Shown here one piece after another: positions 12,061-24,216 of a stretch of 40,869 bases of DNA. The DNA comes from Octopus bimaculoides (lineage: Eukaryota), in assembly GCF_001194135.2 (NCBI RefSeq), contig NC_068992.1, forward strand, positions 1,004,928 through 1,045,796. Direction: 5' to 3'. The notes below the pieces were generated by a model, which was not told the origin of the DNA, ran no database searches, and saw only the letters and a list, made by a program, of their open reading frames with translations. Made by a program: the position numbers and the translations under genes. Position 1 is the first letter of the stretch, and every line of letters starts with the position of its first letter.

Positions 12061-13499
12061 ATAAGATAAGAAATTAAATTTGAAATCTATAAATAACAAT
12101 AGATTATATCTAATTCGTAAGTGTAGCTAATAATTCTTTATTACAGCTGTAGCTAATAACTCTTTATTAAAATGTTGTAGCTTGTATTCTCTGTAAAACA
12201 GAATAAATCAACTTCGAATCTAAAATGTTATAGCGAAACATGTAATGTGACTGAAATGAAATTACGCAGAAAAATATATTTGACGGTGTACATAATAAAA
12301 AACAAATATGTACATATTATAGAAAAATCAATGCTTGACCAAGGAAGCATTTAGAATATTTATGAATATATTTTAATGAGCTATTTGCCTTCAATTATAT
12401 AATTAAAAAATTGATTATCGCTCTAAGATTCAATTACTTTAATTCATTGAGCAACTCGTTTAACATCGTACCATGATATATTCTCGTTATATTTATGAAG
12501 CGTTTGTTCGTACAATTATTACAATAAAGCATTTGTGAATTTTAGCATTTCACGATAAACTTTGAAGCCAGGGTATCATACCATGTCAAACTATATCGTA
12601 CGCTTGTTGCAGTCCAAAATGTACCCTTGTACATTGCCTAGTAATGATTCAAACAAACACATATAATTGACCACAAGTTTGAGCATACTTCTAAATAACC
12701 GCAAATAAAATAAGAGAAGGGATAAAATGACAGGAGAGGAATGTGTGTCTTTACTAAGGCATAATTTACAGAGAACGTACACTTAAAATAGCATAGAGAA
12801 AGGAAAACATAATCTAAATGTGTCTTTAGATCTAAATTGTTTAGCTACTTTGAGAAATCATATTCTGAAACCGAAAATGTATGGAAATAGAATATTTCTA
12901 CAGAAGAATATTGAGCAAAAATACAAATCACAATAAAGCAAAACAAATAAATAAATAAAACTAAGAAAAAAAAACTATAATATAATGAATAAAAATGCAA
13001 GTGACAAAAATAAAATCGTCGCGAATATAAACCAGGGAGATGTACGAGGCACATTGCAAAACAAACATCATTAATGGTAAGTGCACCAAATCAATTTCGA
13101 GTAGACCTATAGAATATTGATTAAGAATGGTCATACTGAAAGTACACAAATGGAAGTATGTATAAAAGGAGGTACATGGAAGAATTCAAGAATCAAGTCT
13201 CCAAAAATAAAGATTACGAGTATGACAATAATTTTAAGGAAGAAATAGATAGAAAAAATGATTTGATAATCGACGGACGGAACAAATAAAGATGCTCCTC
13301 AAGGTTTTATCAGAAATAATAGTATAGAAATAAGATAAACTAACCATCCTCGGTCTAATGAAAACGCGTGGACTTATCTCCAGGATAAAAGCAATTATAC
13401 GAAGCAGTCTTAATAGTGTAATAGTGAAAATCTTTTCCAATAGGAACATTAAATTAGTCGCTTGAAGGAAGAGACCAGATTGAAGACGCCGGTGTGTAT

Positions 13500-14737
13500 T
13501 AAAGACTCAGTCACTCTTTCAAAGATCTTCCAGACACTGAGATTATTCTGGAAAATTGTTACCGGCCTAAGAGTCTGAAACATCTCAAAAATTTATCGAG
13601 GGAAAAAAAGAATGTTATCAACGAAGAATAAAGAAACCACAAAGTGTCGTATCTACCGGGCAGTAACTTGCATTTCTAAGGCTTTTACTTGTAATAATAT
13701 CGTAGAGAATAAGTATTAATCGAAAAAGAAAAAAAGATCATTTTTAGATGAACACATCCGTATGACTGCAACGTCAGATATTGATCGACCAAGTCGTAAT
13801 CGTAGTATGTACGAATATTACAAATGATCAATATTACCTGATTTGATTACAAGAAAGTTTTTCACGTTATACCAGACTGTAGTTGTAATTGTGGTAGCAC
13901 CAACATTGTAAGAAAACATCAAACAATTTAGGAATATGTCAAAAAATATTCAGCAAATTAAATCAAATGAGGATTATGAGCCCGAACCCTTCCCCTTTGT
14001 GAGTGGCATATACCGGGAGCGTTTCTTGTCTCTTTACTTTGGCCATAAGAGCTTTATACGAAAACATAACAGAAATAAACTGAGTTTTGATTAGAATTCT
14101 ATTCTATCCTTTGTATGTCGATAACCTGAGGTTGTATGCTTTTGATGATAAACACATGCAAACCTTGTGACAGAAAATGCAAATATTCAACGTAAGAAAT
14201 TCAGTTTAGAAACATGCGCAAAGCCAGTTTGAAGAGATTTTAACTTATAAATAACATCACTATACTATCATGCTACACGAACACACAGAAATAAGACAAT
14301 TAGATCAAACCGAAACTTGCAAATACTTAGGAATTAATGAACTAGACAGTGTAGAAAACACACAAATAATATATTTAGGTAGGATTATTACAAACCATGA
14401 AACAAACACATCTAAATGCAAGAATACGATAATAGAAAAATGTCTGTAGCTCTTCTAGTAATAAATTATAATTGGAGTAATTTGAAGTAGAGCTAAATGA
14501 ATTATGGAAAGTAGTCAGGAAAACAAGGGGAATAATTGCATCGTGCATAAGCCTACAACGATATCCAGCATACACACACACACATACAAGCACGCGCACA
14601 CAAATTCACACACGCACATTAAAATATACATATATACATATGCATACACACAATCAGACACACTCTCACACGCATATATATATATATATGACATACACCT
14701 ATACATGTATATCTATCTATCTATCTATCTACATATC

Positions 14738-14780
<43 letters not shown>

Positions 14781-14811
14781 TTATGTGTGTAGGTATATAT
14801 GTGTGTGTATA

Positions 14812-14843
<32 letters not shown>

Positions 14844-15050
14844 CATCGATTACATCGAAGAATACTCATTCTGAAACTAGAACTTTTTGTTGAAGATTGA
14901 ACACAACAATGCAAATATTTGGTTATAAATAATTAAGCTAAACTAACACAAATAACTACCAACATTTTACAGTTCCATTCCAGACCACCCAGCCGGTTTC
15001 CTCTCTTGAAAGAATCTAACAACTAGAAGCAAGAGGCAAATGGGTAATAG
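13500..15050 (+). mobile_element. Old R4/Dong-type non-LTR retrotransposon, decayed reverse transcriptase and thumb
   Basis: Ordered degenerate motifs: ENCYRP (~13550), GIYRERFLSL (~14007, for GIYQGDSLSP), LYVDNLRLYA (14111, for LYMDDLKLYA), KFSLETCAK (14197), CKYLGINE (14318). Interrupted by the 14570-14845 microsatellite; boundaries approximate. Confidence 0.75.
14570..14845. repeat. Compound (CA)/(TA)/(TATC)/(TG) microsatellite
   Basis: Directly visible. Confidence 0.9.
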
Positions 15051-15844
15051 GATGCTGTACGGGGAATGGAGAAGTAAGAACAGAATTTGTTAAAAATAGT
15101 TAAAACTAACCTGAAAATGAAAATACAGGACATAATAAAACGAGAGTAAAAAGATAAAAAATGACCTTACGTTCCCTATTCTCGTCAAGACTGATCAATG
15201 GAATAGTAAATAATGAAAACATCAGGCATCGTGTAAGAAGCATAAAGCGCAATGTTTAGAATAAAGGATTGTTTTATTATAGCACAATAATAAAGGCTTT
15301 CCACACCAGGAATTACCAACGTTTTCTAATGAAGTAAATAAGGGAAAAATAGTGCAGTTTAATAAAAACCAGGAGAACACAATCAATAGTATTACTTCTG
15401 TTTACGTATCTTATGCTGGAGAGATTTACTGGCATGAGCGTTCAATTCAATGCCAAGACTTTGAAATATCAAAAGAGGAGAGAATGTGAATAAACTTACA
15501 AGAGAAAAATACAAAGAAAGTCAATGGATGTAAGAGATGCCAAGCGACACAGAGCAATTTAGGCTAATTGTCGGATATATATGAGAAACAGTACTAGGAT
15601 CAGCAATCGCCGATATTTGTCACCTCCGAGGACTAAATGAACTAGCTCAAATAGAATATAGAGAATCATATAAAGAACTAGTACTTGCAAATGCACAGCA
15701 TACAGAAAATAGTACTTCTCGTTAGTGCATGCATGTTGCATAGAATGTGACAATAGAATAAAAACAATGAAGTTCCACGGAGCTATGCATGGTAGTGCAG
15801 GGTTTCGAACAATAATAATTATATTGTTGAAAATTATTTTAATC

Positions 15845-15999
15845 AGTAATAATAATAATAATAATAGTAATAGTAATAATAATAATAATAATTATAATTA
15901 TAATTCACTGAAAGGGAAAAAAACTCTTGTCGGATCAGGGGAAATATTAACAATGATAAATAGTAAAAAAGGAAAATAATAATATCAGTGATGATGATC

Positions 16000-16039
<40 letters not shown>
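15845..16039. repeat. (AAT)n tracts with a short (GAT)n
   Basis: Directly visible at 15845-15905 and 15990-16039. Confidence 0.95.
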
Positions 16040-16044
<5 letters not shown>

Positions 16045-17212
16045 AGCCACAAAACACGAGCAAAACAAAAAACTGTTTTCAGTATTTAAGGAAGCTCACA
16101 AATACAAACAAGAAATCAATCTACCTAACAAATACGAAGAAGAAAAAGAAGAAACAACAAAAGCTATAAAACAAATGAAATCCAAACTAAAACTAGAACA
16201 GCAACGGACCATGATAAAACGATGGCAAGAAAAGCCCCTACATGGTAAATACTGGGCTAAACTAAATGCGAAAGAAATAGACAGAGAAAAATCCCAGCAA
16301 TGGCTGAGAAGCTCAGGACTCAAAGCAGAGACTGAAGGATTTNNNNNNNNNNNNNNNNNNNNNNNNNNNNNNNNNNNNNNNNNNNNNNNNNNNNNNNNNN
16401 NNNNNNNNNNNNNNNNNNNNNNNNNNNNNNNNNNNNNNNNNNNNNNNNNNNNNNNNNNNNNNNNNNNNNNNNNNNNNNNNNNNNNNNNNNNNNNNNNNNN
16501 NNNNNNNNNNNNNNNNNNNNNNNNNNNNNNNNNNNNNNNNNNNNNNNNNNNNNNNNNNNNNNNNNNNNNNNNNNNNNNNNNNNNNNNNNNNNNNNNNNNN
16601 NNNNNNNNNNNNNNNNNNNNNNNNNNNNNNNNNNNNNNNNNNNNNNNNNNNNNNNNNNNNNNNNNNNNNNNNNNNNNNNNNNNNNNNNNNNNNNNNNNNN
16701 NNNNNNNNNNNNNNNNNNNNNNNNNNNNNNNNNNNNNNNNNNNNNNNNNNNNNNNNNNNNNNNNNNNNNNNNNNNNNNNNNNNNNNNNNNNNNNNNNNNN
16801 NNNNNNNNNNNNNNNNNNNNNNNNNNNNNNNNNNNNNNNNNNNTAATTGATGTATCAACACCAGCAGATGACAACGTTTCTCTAAAAGAAATGGAAAAAC
16901 TTTCAAAATACAAATACCTGGAAATAGAGGTAACTCGAATGTGGAATCTAAAAACAGAAACAATTCCTATCATAGTAGGTGCCTTAGGTATAATAAAAAA
17001 ATATTCAGACAAATACATAACAAAAATAGCAGGACTTACAAATATATATAACATACAGAAAATTGCACTACTGGGTACTGCACACATCCTACGCAAAACA
17101 CTTTCAATACAGTAAATATAAGAGCACCACAGCAAACCACAGCACATACCCAAGGCGCACAAAGCTGCGCTCGGTAGTGAAGTGAAAGCACGTTATAAAA
17201 ATAAAACTACTG
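16040..17212 (+). mobile_element. Young 5-prime-truncated R4/Dong-clade non-LTR retrotransposon (post-RT region, REL endonuclease C-terminus, 3-prime UTR)
   Basis: Stop-free frame from 16040: QIATKHEQNKK..RWQEKPLHGKYW..WLRSSGLKAETEGF, then a 501-N gap, then IDVSTPADDNVSLKEMEKLSKYKYLEIEVTRMWNLKTETIPIIVGALG..LLGTAHILRKTLSIQ*, a ~100-nt UTR and a (GAT)n/(AAT)n tail. These are typical R4/Dong C-terminal motifs. Confidence 0.92.
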
Positions 17213-17249
17213 AATGATGATGATGATGATGATGATAATAATGAAGAAA

Positions 17250-17560
17250 TAATACGATGGTAATGAAACTGAATCCCTTGATGGTGAGAGTTTTACACCC
17301 GGTAGGCTCAGAGACACTGGTCCGACTGCAGCCTGTCGTTATCCAGAAAGGAACCAGCACACACGGCGTAAACGGAACAAACAAAATCAATGCTGTGGTC
17401 ATGGAGCGTTACTACATCACATATTACACCTTAACTCAGACAAGCTCACATGTTATGTCATAAGTCAGACGTCCATAAAAGAGACGTTGGTAGGGGTTTA
17501 TGATGCATCAGAGAGCAATACAGGAAGACATTTAGTGATGTCACTGAATAAATACTTCTT
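17250..17560 (+). mobile_element. Probable N-terminal fragment of an R4/Dong-like ORF
   Basis: Across a frameshift it reads RRKRNKQ / INAVVMERYY, resembling the RRKW..EEN..VM.CYY N-terminal block I recall for this clade; it begins right after the (GAT)n tract. Confidence 0.4.
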
Positions 17561-17860
17561 GAATAAATATGTCTACTTAATGCAGACCATCATTGACTTG
17601 TGAGAAATATTGTAGCAAACTGTTTATGTCCACAGGAACAATATTCCCCTCAAGATATTGGAATAGATTTCGTGTTGCTTTAAGTCTGAAGTGAATGGAG
17701 CAGCAATAACAAAAGCGAAACACTAATCTATGGAAATTTGAATAATCTTCATGGCAAAGTAAAACTATTTGTAAAAGAGCTTCGCATAAATGATAATTGT
17801 TATTTGTGTTCAGCGCGATCAAACAGCAACTGAGATTACAACTGATGATACTTGTCCAGT

Positions 17861-18075
17861 AAGGCGGTGAGCTGGCAGAATCATTAGCACGCCGGGCACA
17901 ATGCTATGCGGCGCTTTTTCCGTCTTACCGTTCTGAGTTCAAGTGCCACCGAGATGGACATTGCTTTTCGGTCGTTCGGAGTCGATTAGATAAGTACCGG
18001 GTGAGCACTGGGACCGATATGATAGACTGACGCCATCCTCCAAAATTGCTAGCCTTTTGACAAAATTTGAATCCA
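17861..18075 (+). mobile_element. tRNA-derived SINE, family B
   Basis: aggcggtgagctggcagaatcattagcacgccggg..gttctgagttcaagt..gataagtacc..gagcactggg; colinear with 33470-33685. Confidence 0.8.
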
Positions 18076-18112
18076 AATTAAAAGTGCCACATTTGAAGCC
18101 AAAACATTGAAA

Positions 18113-18138
18113 TGTATGTATGTATGTATGCATGCATG

Positions 18139-18174
<36 letters not shown>

Positions 18175-18176
18175 AT
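18113..18176. repeat. (TATG)n-(TATC)n microsatellite
   Basis: Directly visible. Confidence 0.95.
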
Positions 18177-18741
18177 ATAGGATATCATAGGCATTGTGTA
18201 AGTTGTGTAACTCATTCAACGAATCTCGATGACGCGTACGCACAATAACAACTTTGGGCCTTCTAAGTTCTTAAATTGTGTGACTACGTTGTTGCTATTA
18301 TACGAAATCTTGCCGGTTTCTCTTTGTTAATGATGTGTGAACCTAAAAACTTTAAAGAGTTATGAGTTTTTATGAATATTAAGATCGTATGCGAAACCCT
18401 GATCAAATATAAACATTTGAATTTCTTATTAATACTACATGGTAAATAAAATATGAACTTTTATTTGACAGTTGTTAACTAAAATGATAATTCATTATCG
18501 CTAGAAATCTCCTCCGAAAAAGTATCCAAAGTGCACAATTTCAAAGAATCCAGATGGAATAAAAAAAGTAGTGTTAAATTATTTTGTCAAGGATATATTT
18601 TTAGATTTCTATTGCAAAACTTTAGAGAATTTATTAAACTACAGACCTTCTATCTCAACTACTCCAAGCTGTCATTGTCATATGACTAGTGACATTAATG
18701 AGCACTAAGCGTCTTTATCTGGGTTTCTGCAAAACGTAAAA

Positions 18742-18920
18742 GTGATAAAATAAAATAAAATAAAATAAAAAAGTGATAAAATAAAATAAAATTAAATAAA
18801 AAAGTGATAAAATAAAATANNNNNNNNNNTGATAAAATAAAATAAAATTAAATAAAAAAGTGATAAAATAAAATAAAATAAAATAAAAAAGTGATAAAAT
18901 AAAATAAAATAAAATAAACA
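18742..18920. repeat. 31-bp minisatellite GTGA(TAAAA)5AA, at least 6 copies, containing a 10-N gap
   Basis: GTGA starts at 18742, 18773, 18804 and 18860, 18891 (period 31). Confidence 0.95.
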
Positions 18921-19019
18921 ATCTGTTAAAGTTGAGCATATATGTTTACTACTATTTTCAGATCAGAAAATGTTCTTAATGTCTTTGTGTGTATGTGTGT
19001 GTATATATGCTTATACGTA

Positions 19020-19466
19020 TTACTAGAAAATAAGAAATACATGATGTTGTGGGACTTAAACATTTTGACTGACAGTGTAATCGAGGCTAGAAGGCCTGAT
19101 TTGGTCGTAGTTGGTAAAGAGAATACCAAATGCCAGATAATTGGCTTTACCGTCCCATATGGCAAAAAAAGGATTAAGAAGGGTACAGGAAAGAATAGCA
19201 AAGTAGCAGAACATAGCCATTGAATTACAGAGACTATGGAAAGTTCGGGTAAAATATACCCCAGTGCATTGGGAACTCTCCCTAAAGATTTGAACAGATG
19301 GATAGAGGAAATAAGCATAAAACTCAGTTTATTATAGCTGCCGAAAACTGTATTATTAGGGACATCTAGGATAATTAGGAGGGTTCTTGGCATCCAAGGG
19401 TACGTGTTGCAGCCCGATGTTAGGATTTTTCTTTGCCAACAGTCTAATTTGTTGTGTGTATATGAA
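19020..19466 (+). mobile_element. Decayed 3-prime fragment of a second R4/Dong-type family (REL domain)
   Basis: ENKKYMMLWDLNILTDSVIEARRPDLVVVGKENTKCQIIGFTVPYG (RPD motif of the PD-(D/E)xK nuclease), then ALGTLPKDL and VLLGTSRIIRRVLG; it ends in (AAT)n(GAT)n at 19467-19535. Confidence 0.88.
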
Positions 19467-21056
19467 AATAATAATAATGATGAAGATGATGATGGTGATG
19501 ATGATGATGATGATGATGATAATCTCGATGATGACGTGGCGTCTGTGTACTAAGTATAGAAATTTCACACCCGTACAGAAAGTCGAAAGAAATGGAGATT
19601 TGCAAACTCAGAGATTCTTGAGAAAACACCAGTCAATATTTTTCCATTTTTAACAATGCGTATATGTGAGCATATACATATACACACACATATATAAACG
19701 TCAGTATTGTCGAACGAGAGAAAAATATGCGCAATACATTGTCAAGGCAATCAGCATACATATGCATATATATATATATGCAGGTATAGATCTGCTTATC
19801 TGCGTGCTGTGTGCGTGAATATAAATAGGAAAATAATTTGATGTACTTTTATGGTTGTGTGTAGGTGTGCGTATGAGAGGTTATCTCTGCCAATATGTTT
19901 TTTTAATAACGTGATTTATTCAGAAAAAATTAATGTATGTCGAACAATAGACATTACCCAATTTTAAATGGGATTTCTGTTTATATATTATTTATCAAAT
20001 ATTGAGATTCATGTTTCAATCTATCGCAAATTGAAACATGAAATAATATCATTCTGATGCTGTATTGTGTTGAAACTCATAAAATCTAATTTTATTATTT
20101 TGTTGTTGTTTGTTTATATATTTGATTTATGTATGTATTTTTATATTGTTTTGTTAGTTTTATATAATAAATGATATTTCGATATTAATGAGAAGCATTA
20201 TTTTTCAACAATGCTAACAATGAATTTAATTACAGTTATTCAGTACAAGCTAAAACAAACAGAAAATTGCCAAAGCTTTCAGGCCAAATTTCAAAATACT
20301 TCTTTATATCCTATGATAAGAATATTGTTATTTAAATTAATTGTTAATCCGTACGGCCAAATGAATTATGTCGTTGTTATACACATACTTTTTATACTTC
20401 TCTGTACATGTATGTATGTGTGTGCGCGCATGTGCTTGTGTGTGTGTGTGAGTGTGTGATTATATATAATGAAATATGTTTACAAATTTGAAAGGTTTAA
20501 GTCTTTCAGTAATTAACTAAACTTAATTTCAAAATTATATGATTTGATTATTTTATGAATGTAACTCATGATTCTACCCCTTTTGAATTTAATAGTGAAA
20601 TGAATACGTTGCAATGAAATTGTTTTCATGAATCGAATTTTCTATCCAGTAATTATTCATTTTACAAACAGATAAATTGAATTTAGAAAAGGCGATTTCC
20701 TTGGTAGCTCATACACTTAGTAAAAAATTGTTTTATGTAGTATTTAATACATTTCAAATGGAAAGAGTTAAACTTAACAAAACAGTCGATTTATTCGCGT
20801 GATGAAAATACTATATAACGAACAAAGTCTTGAGAGTTGAGATAGTTTAATAATTAGATAACAATACACGTAAACTGTTTGTAATCAATCTGATGAATTG
20901 ATTTAATTCTTCTCTATCAATATTTGTGAAAATTCGTGCCGTCGCTTATAAGTTTCCAAAGGCCTAGTCAATGGATCATTAAATTTACGATTGTAATTGA
21001 AGCAGTAGAATTTATAGAGATAGTTTGAGTTCGATCGTCTTTGTTTAGTTAAACAA

Positions 21057-21360
21057 ATGGTTCTCAACCATTTTTTTCCTTACCTATGGACTCCTTTGAT
21101 TACTGTTTTAATCTACCAAACCCCCACAGCCTTCCGATGTTTGAAAACTACTGTTTAGACACTTCTTTCTAAATTCCTGTCTTGTTTTTTAAACAGTAGC
21201 TTGTGTAGGTTGAACTATGTAAAACGTGAGAGAAAGAAACCGAACTGTTTCTTCCAGTAAATACATCTAAAATAAAATTTATTCATAAATTTTTAGTATA
21301 GTAAGGTGCGTCCCCATTTGCTTTTTTTTCGTGGACCCCATAAAATCTCATATGCGGGTA
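21057..21360. mobile_element. Probable hAT-type MITE remnant
   Basis: Begins ..tggttctcaaccatttttt..ctatggac (a CAGTGGTTCTCAAC-like hAT terminus) with an internal gtggacccc; the right end is eroded. Confidence 0.45.
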
Positions 21361-21424
21361 AGTATATATTGATTTATACAAAATATACAAACACACACAC
21401 TTCCTCTTTCTGCATATACGTATG

Positions 21425-21460
<36 letters not shown>

Positions 21461-21462
<2 letters not shown>

Positions 21463-22186
21463 CAAAACGCAATATAGGATATTAAAACATTCGGACAGAT
21501 AGATCATACAAATGCGGGCAAGAGAAACAACAATTAGAAGGACAAGCACAAAAAGACGGGTCATTCGTGGCTTTCTTTCAACAGTCAAGTTCCAGAAGTC
21601 ACGAACATTTCGGGCAGTTACACTTGAGATGGTTGAATTTGGTTGAAAACAAAAAGTGTAGGCTAAGGGCATTAGACCCCTTTGTAAGAAAGCTAGCGAA
21701 TGTGTACGGCAACAAAGACAAAAAAAAAAAAAAAGAAAAAGAAAAAGTGGAGAACATGGTACATAATTACGAATACAAGCAAGAAATAATAACAGGTGTG
21801 TTTCGACTGAGAACGAATCAAATTGACCTAGCGTGTATGAAGTGAAAGCCTAAAGACAAGAACATGGGTGATGGACATAAGAGGTGATGGCGGTCGGCAG
21901 TCAGGCCAAGAAAGATCATGACTGGCTGGACAGTAATGTGGAGGGAGGAGAGATAGGTAGGGGAAGCGGGATTGAAGGATTAGAAAAGCATCAGAGACAA
22001 AGGTACATGGGAGATAAACGAGTGGGAAACTGGGAGTGAAAGAAAGAGAGGGCCAAGAAATGTGAGAGAGTGATAGCGAGAAATAAGGATGAAAATGAGG
22101 AGGATTAAAAGATAGAGTAAGAGTTATACAAAATGTAGATACATACCTAATATAAAATGAACACAATATGAGGTGTACGCCGCTAT

Positions 22187-22232
<46 letters not shown>

Positions 22233-22332
22233 GGAACAAAACGCAAAACGCAATAGAAGACATTAAAACATTCGGACAGATAGACGATACAAAGGAAGAC
22301 AAGAGAAACAACAATTAGGACAGGCACGAAAA
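21461..22332. mobile_element. ~870-bp non-coding element bounded by ~100-bp direct repeats, each preceded by (TA)n (Penelope-like pseudo-LTR structure?)
   Basis: aacaaaacgc..attaaaacattcggacagataga..caagagaaacaacaattag..gaca.gcac.aaaa occurs at 21461 and 22235; the second copy is cut by a gap. Confidence 0.6.
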
Positions 22333-22678
22333 NNNNNNNNNNNNNNNNNNNNNNNNNNNNNNNNNNNNNNNNNNNNNNNNNNNNNNNNNNNNNNNNNNNN
22401 NNNNNNNNNNNNNNNNNNNNNNNNNNNNNNNNNNNNNNNNNNNNNNNNNNNNNNNNNNNNNNNNNNNNNNNNNNNNNNNNNNNNNNNNNNNNNNNNNNNN
22501 NNNNNNNNNNNNNNNNNNNNNNNNNNNNNNNNNNNNNNNNNNNNNNNNNNNNNNNNNNNNNNNNNNNNNNNNNNNNNNNNNNNNNNNNNNNNNNNNNNNN
22601 NNNNNNNNNNNNNNNNNNNNNNNNNNNNNNNNNNNNNNNNNNNNNNNNNNNNNNNNNNNNNNNNNNNNNNNNNNNNNN

Positions 22679-22727
<49 letters not shown>

Positions 22728-23822
22728 TGTTATAGATATACGTATATGTATATATATTACGTACATACACACTTATACATATACAAATAATTAATGTATG
22801 TACGAGGCAGTATCAAAGTCGTAAAAGGATGGAGGGCAATCATTCGTTGTAAAGCGAATATGTAATGCAAAGAAATGTAGGAAATTTACACATGAATTTG
22901 AGTAATAAAACAAAAATGACGTACCAATATATGTGAAATAAAATATCTTTAAGAAAATAATATGAATCTCTCAAAGCTTACTTACAAATCTGTCATCACC
23001 AATATATCAATATTTGAAAGTAATAAATGACGGCTATAACTGTGTAAATTGCTTGGAAAGATGTGTGTAAGACATTGTGCTAAAGTGATGTTAAGAGAAT
23101 AAAGGCGATTTAAGAATGGAATAAAAATCCCTCTATACATGAGAGAGTATTGTACAAAACAAGGACATAAATTTAATGAGGAATCAAAGAAAATATATCA
23201 ACGTTTCAATACACACACATTTGAGTGTGAATGTATGTGTCTCCATGTATATGTATAGGAACATGTGTATATGTGTATTTGTGTGAGTTTTAGAGCTGCT
23301 ACTGTTAGGTATTCACACACATGCGCACGCCATTCATACATGAGATCATACATGGCATTGAAATGCAAGTAGTTATTCTTTTTTTTGTATCAGAACAATA
23401 TTTAATTTTCTCACATATCACCTGAACAGATTTGTTTGCTATCGGCGTCAATCCTCTCTGATCACATGACCTCTTCCCACGACATCACAAATAACACAAT
23501 GCACTGGCTATAAGATCAGCTCCACACATCACTACCATAGTTGTCTCTAAAACATCTCCAGATTATTTTACGCTCTTTTAGTTCGCGCCACACCCTATCA
23601 AGCTTCACTAATAGAGGAACAGCCATTCTCAGGTATATTATCATTGCAACCAGCTGTTGCTAGAGACTTTCTATAGAAATAGCCATTTTGTTGAAAATAA
23701 ATCCATTGCTGAAATTACTTAAATGTTGTAAAGAAATTATTTTCCTCTATTTTATTATACATGTTCTCTTTCATTTCACTTTCCCGGAAAAGTATAAGAC
23801 TTTCAGTGATTGTGCATATATA

Positions 23823-24159
23823 TTTAAAGACCCCCTTCGGTCATGACTGACCATGGGATTGCAGCTAGAAAGTTACCCTCCCGGGCACAAGTCCGGGCAT
23901 GGTTGTTTATGGAAGACTAGCAGTCGCCCATGCATACCAGCCTCCCCTCCCCACGCTACCAGTGTTATCCAAGGTAACGACAAAGGAGCCCATACAGCTT
24001 GGCACCAGTGATGTCGGAACTCATTTCTACAGCTGAGTGAACTGGAGCAACGTGAAATAAAGTGTCTTGCTGAGGAACACAACACGCAGCCCGGTTCAGG
24101 ATTCGAACTCACATCCTCACGATCGTAAGCTCGACGCTCTAACCACTGAGCCATGCGCC
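23823..24159 (-). mobile_element. tRNA-derived SINE with CORE-like body, family C, well preserved
   Basis: Minus strand GGCGCATGGCTCAGTGGTTAGAGCG (A box), a CTTACGA loop (ACG, Arg-like) and GAGTTCGAATCC (B box), followed by cagcaagacactttatttcacgttgctccagttcactcagctgtagaaatgag, which resembles the CORE domain. Confidence 0.9.

Positions 24160-24216
<57 letters not shown>

Noticed and set aside
18742-18920. Regular repeats as a CRISPR-like array
   Set aside because: There are no unique spacers, the unit is a low-complexity A-tract, the context is eukaryotic and there are no cas genes.
22800-23200. Possible LINE thumb/C-terminal relic (also 24500-24760 and 32780-33060)
   Set aside because: Only compositional resemblance (A-rich, broken frames); no motif could be read reliably.
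24087-24159. tRNA-Arg(ACG)-like sequence on the minus strand
   Set aside because: No proper acceptor stem, and it continues into a SINE body; it is a SINE head.
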